From NCBI GenBank assembly GCA_049517415.1, contig JBEKSC010000012.1, positions 14,107 through 78,106 of the forward strand: a DNA stretch of 64,000 nt, written 5' to 3'. Below are positions 60,938-64,000 of this stretch, piece by piece. This DNA comes from Candidatus Bathyarchaeia archaeon. Lineage in GTDB: Archaea; Thermoproteota; Bathyarchaeia; 40CM-2-53-6. Position numbers and translations under genes: made by a program. Under the pieces are notes generated by a model that saw nothing but the letters and a program-made list of their open reading frames with translations, was not told where the DNA came from and did not search any database. Numbering within the stretch: position 1 is the first letter of the stretch; every line of letters begins with the position of its first letter.

Positions 60938-61081
60938 ATGGAGAGAGTTGTTCCTGGGTGTCCAGGCTGCGGTGGAAAAATGATTTTCTATTCTAGTGAC
61001 GCTTATTCGGAACATTACATCTGTCCGGATTGCGACCGGTTTCTGGGGATTCCAAGACCGATTGACTTCTTCCGTAAGTGA
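60938..61081 (+). CDS. 47-aa zinc-ribbon micro-protein (not in ORF track)
   Basis: MERVVPGCPGCGGKM...HYICPDCDRFL. Confidence 0.65.
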   Translation: MERVVPGCPGCGGKMIFYSSDAYSEHYICPDCDRFLGIPRPIDFFRK

Positions 61082-61282
61082 GTCCTGCCATCATTAGACT
61101 TGGCAGACCTAATCGTGGCAGATCTAGACCATGGAACCAAAATCCATTCTACACGAAGATCCGTCGAACGGTGCCCGCGAATAGTCAATCGACTCAATCT
61201 TCCTAGATTGCCACGTTTCCATGTCATTGACATGGCAATACGTTAAGTAGCTCGCTCCGTAACGGTGGCGTGTGAACACCTC

Positions 61283-61456
61283 ATGGCGAACAAACCAGGC
61301 CCACAAAGTAACTGCGGAGAATGCGGCAAAGACTTAGTCGATAGGCCCGTCCATAACTGGGGCACATGTGAAGCATGCGGAGTCATGTTTTGTAAGAACT
61401 GCCTTCAAGTATTCCACAACTTGAATTGTGAGAGTATACGAATAACGCCACACTAA
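61283..61456 (+). CDS. Cys-rich zinc-finger micro-protein
   Basis: CGEC, CEAC, CKNC, H..C in 57 aa. Confidence 0.65.
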   Translation: MANKPGPQSNCGECGKDLVDRPVHNWGTCEACGVMFCKNCLQVFHNLNCESIRITPH

Positions 61457-61994
61457 CCGTGCCGGTACATCGCCGTCGGAGGACTCACATGCACGTCAAA
61501 CTTATCCTAGGAAGACTTAGCTTTGATGTGATCACACCGCCGTCATTCAACGTTCTTAATGGTAAGCAAATGACGGCCGCAGTTTAAGGTGCAGTTGCTT
61601 CTCGCTGGCCCCAAAATGAACGTTGAGAGCAGCGGTCAATGAATTGCTCTGTGCCTCTATGGACGAAAGAGGTTAGAAAGAAAAAGAAAGCGAAGCAGTC
61701 GCGACGTAGCATGAAAGCGCCATGACGCTGGTAAGTCATAAACTGTTAATGGAAATGCTGACAATTCAGAGGCTGCGAACGCTTTCCATCATGACCTTCG
61801 TTGCAGCATAGTTCTATCCACCTACAGGTTCTGAAGACGTCTCTTCTGCTGGTGGCTTAGCGGCAAAGGCCTTCCCCAACTCCTTGATACGTCTCCCCCC
61901 GGCCCCGTCAGCATCCGCTATCGTACACCCCGAAACCTTTCGGTTTTCGCCTCGCTAGAATGTCTTATCTCTAATTCAGCCCCCACTTTAGTCC

Positions 61995-62360
61995 ATGCCC
62001 ATCGAAGACCTTGTTGGCAATACGGAGCTTCTAAAGCGAGTCTTAGAACACTACAAATACCGACTGGACAACTTCACGAATGATGAAGAAATCAAGCCGC
62101 TCCTGAGCGGCCCCCTCCGACGATACCTTACATTTGGCCAGCTGAAGTCATTAATTTCCCAAGCCCTGAACGAATTGACTAAGCATAGAAATACTGCAAA
62201 CCTGAAGTTACCGCTGTACAGCGACCTTCTGATGTCTGCAGCTCGACAATACCTAAAAGACCTAGAACGAATCAAAGAGAAAGCCTGCCAAGAGCTGCCG
62301 GACACTAAACTAACAGAATTGGAATTGGACATAGAAGCCGTGAAGGAGTGTCTCCGTTGA
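61995..62360 (+). CDS. Hypothetical helical protein
   Basis: Protein-like 121-aa ORF. Confidence 0.55.
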   Translation: MPIEDLVGNTELLKRVLEHYKYRLDNFTNDEEIKPLLSGPLRRYLTFGQLKSLISQALNELTKHRNTANLKLPLYSDLLMSAARQYLKDLERIKEKACQELPDTKLTELELDIEAVKECLR

Positions 62361-62696
62361 TCATTGTTTGCCAACCATCTCGATTTTACCAATGCTCGTG
62401 ACTGACGCTTGCTTGCCAGACATCGAAGTGGAGAGGGACATGGAGAAGCAGTGTTCAGGTGACAGCTAGCGGCCCTGACATTCGCACCATGGTGCTGATG
62501 ATGCTTGAACAGGTCGTTCGGAGGAGTATCTTTCCGTCAGAGCGAATCAAAAAGAAGCCGCATAGTTCGCGGTATCTTCCCGCGATAAGAGCGAGCCGGG
62601 AGCCGTCTTCTCCTAAGATTGGACTAGTTGCGGAGGAACCCCCGTTGGCGGCTTTGGCTTTCGGAAAAGACCAAGACCTGCCATGGCCATTGCTTC

Positions 62697-62870
62697 TCAA
62701 TTTTTGGCATGCAGGAGAGTACTCCACTCGAACGGGTGTTGTTTCTGAAAGTGTTCTTGCATTGGAATCAGGAGTTGAAGTGGGTACTCCTTCTCCCACC
62801 TTTCTAGGCCATATATTTTGAATGTGCCGCAAACCTTGCAAAGCCATATTCCGTCTTGGCGGTCAGCCAT
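62697..62870 (-). CDS. C2H2-like micro-protein
   Basis: WLCKVC...HFQKQH. Confidence 0.45.
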   Translation of the reverse strand: MADRQDGIWLCKVCGTFKIYGLERWEKEYPLQLLIPMQEHFQKQHPFEWSTLLHAKN

Positions 62871-63132
62871 ATCTGACAGTCGCACGTTTAACCACGCGGC
62901 CACTGACACTCGCCTCCCAGTCCAAGACAGCATAAGTACACTCGCTCGCTCAAAAGAGTTGTCAGGGCTTAGTCTTCTACGCTTTCCTCGTGTTCACACA
63001 TCCCGTCGTCTGGGTAGATATGCAGTAGAACGGTTTTGTCTCATGGATCGCGCACGAGTAGAGGCCCGTTTCCTCTCTTTTCAGAAAGGGGCAACTCTTC
63101 GTAACTGGGGACAATCATTCAGAATGCAAGCG

Positions 63133-63384
63133 TCAGTTCAAGTCGTTAAGTCCTTGTTTGCATCCCCATTCTGCCTTTTTTGGATCGTCCACGATCTTAT
63201 ACCAGAAGGTGTAATTTCCATGCTTACCGAGGTCATTGTGGTCGTGTTCGACTTCGACAAGCCATGCGTTCCCGATTTTCTTGCTTAGCGAATTCGGATG
63301 TGGCGTGAGGGCCTGAGGACACTGATGGCCCATTTTTAGAAGCGCATAGAAAACTGCATCATCTTTCTCCAAAAGAGACCACAC
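63133..63384 (-). CDS. Hypothetical protein
   Basis: 83-aa ORF, no recognised motif. Confidence 0.35.
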   Translation of the reverse strand: MWSLLEKDDAVFYALLKMGHQCPQALTPHPNSLSKKIGNAWLVEVEHDHNDLGKHGNYTFWYKIVDDPKKAEWGCKQGLNDLN

Positions 63385-63566
63385 TCATAACTATCTCTAA
63401 GCGCTTATTATTTTGCATGGGTCTCAGCAAGGTCCATCAATCGCGCCGGACTCGATGCCAGCCTCATAGGACGATGATCGTGAGCAACCAGTCCAGTTGG
63501 CTAGTGTCATGAAAAGCGATCTTGATGGTGACAACCACTCGATGGTAGGGGAAGATTTCAAGTTAA

Positions 63567-63881
63567 TTGAGGAGAACACGATACTTCTGTCTATTGATTG
63601 CTTTCATACGGTTGGGTGAGTTCTCCGAAGCGTTGAGGAACAGGGTTAAGCAGAATGTTGTGATTGAGCCGTTAAGTCCGAGCGTTTGCCCCTACTGTAC
63701 TTCTACTATGCTAGTTCGACATGGCTTAAGACACAACAAGTATGGCGATCTCCAACGGTTCACATGCCGAAGTTGCGGCAAACGGTTCTCTCAGAACTTA
63801 GGCTTCGAAGGGATGAAAGTGAACCCGCAATCAATTACTTCCGCCATGCAACTTTACCATGACAATCGGAAGGATTCTTAA
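63567..63881 (+). mobile_element. Transposase remnant (IS1-like zinc ribbon of an archaeal DDE transposase)
   Basis: CPYC...VRHG.R.NKYG..QRF.C.SCGKRFS.NLGFE.MK...I..AMQLY, then truncated; no DDE domain. Confidence 0.75.
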
Positions 63882-64000
63882 GCTACAACGCTCACCTGAA
63901 TCCAGACTTAAGTTGCCGATCTCTAGGAACGAATTTGAGAAACTAAAAGCAATTGGCCCAACTTTAGAAGAAGAAGTCCTCGACTTCCTCAGCAAGAATC

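Noticed and set aside
61489..61587. 32-aa ORF after a GGAGG
   Set aside because: No motif or compositional support.
1..64000. CRISPR arrays, rRNA, intact tRNA, defence systems
   Set aside because: No regularly spaced repeats, full cloverleaf or recognisable defence domains found by eye.

Overview
Archaeal chromosomal window of roughly 50% GC. The evidence for an archaeon is Alba, TFS, an A/V-type ATP synthase, archaeal GalT, GGAGGTG/GGTGA ribosome-binding sites and frequent TTG/GTG starts. The gene repertoire resembles Bathyarchaeia, but that is inference. No intact rRNA, tRNA or CRISPR array was seen. Main content: an HPr-kinase-like kinase and nucleotidyltransferase pair; an ArsR/SmtB metal operon with a visible operator and an atypical P1B-ATPase; a P3A H+-ATPase; an HxlR/Fe-S redox locus; a YdjG-like/SPFH operon divergent from an EF-hand-bearing HtpX; a copper/heme cluster (Vgb-like propeller, CuA-like cupredoxin, heme O synthase); a complete A/V-ATPase split into two convergent halves; several transporters; and an accessory right end with a transposase remnant. 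Reading between the listed ORFs gave a 73-bp promoter/operator shared by two distant Fe-S loci (candidate HxlR regulon), a 34-aa Tyr/Trp-rich micro-protein with its own RBS and terminator, several unlisted Zn-finger and CDGSH micro-proteins, two tRNA 3'-end remnants, and several broken genes. All product calls come from motif recognition by eye; no database search was run.
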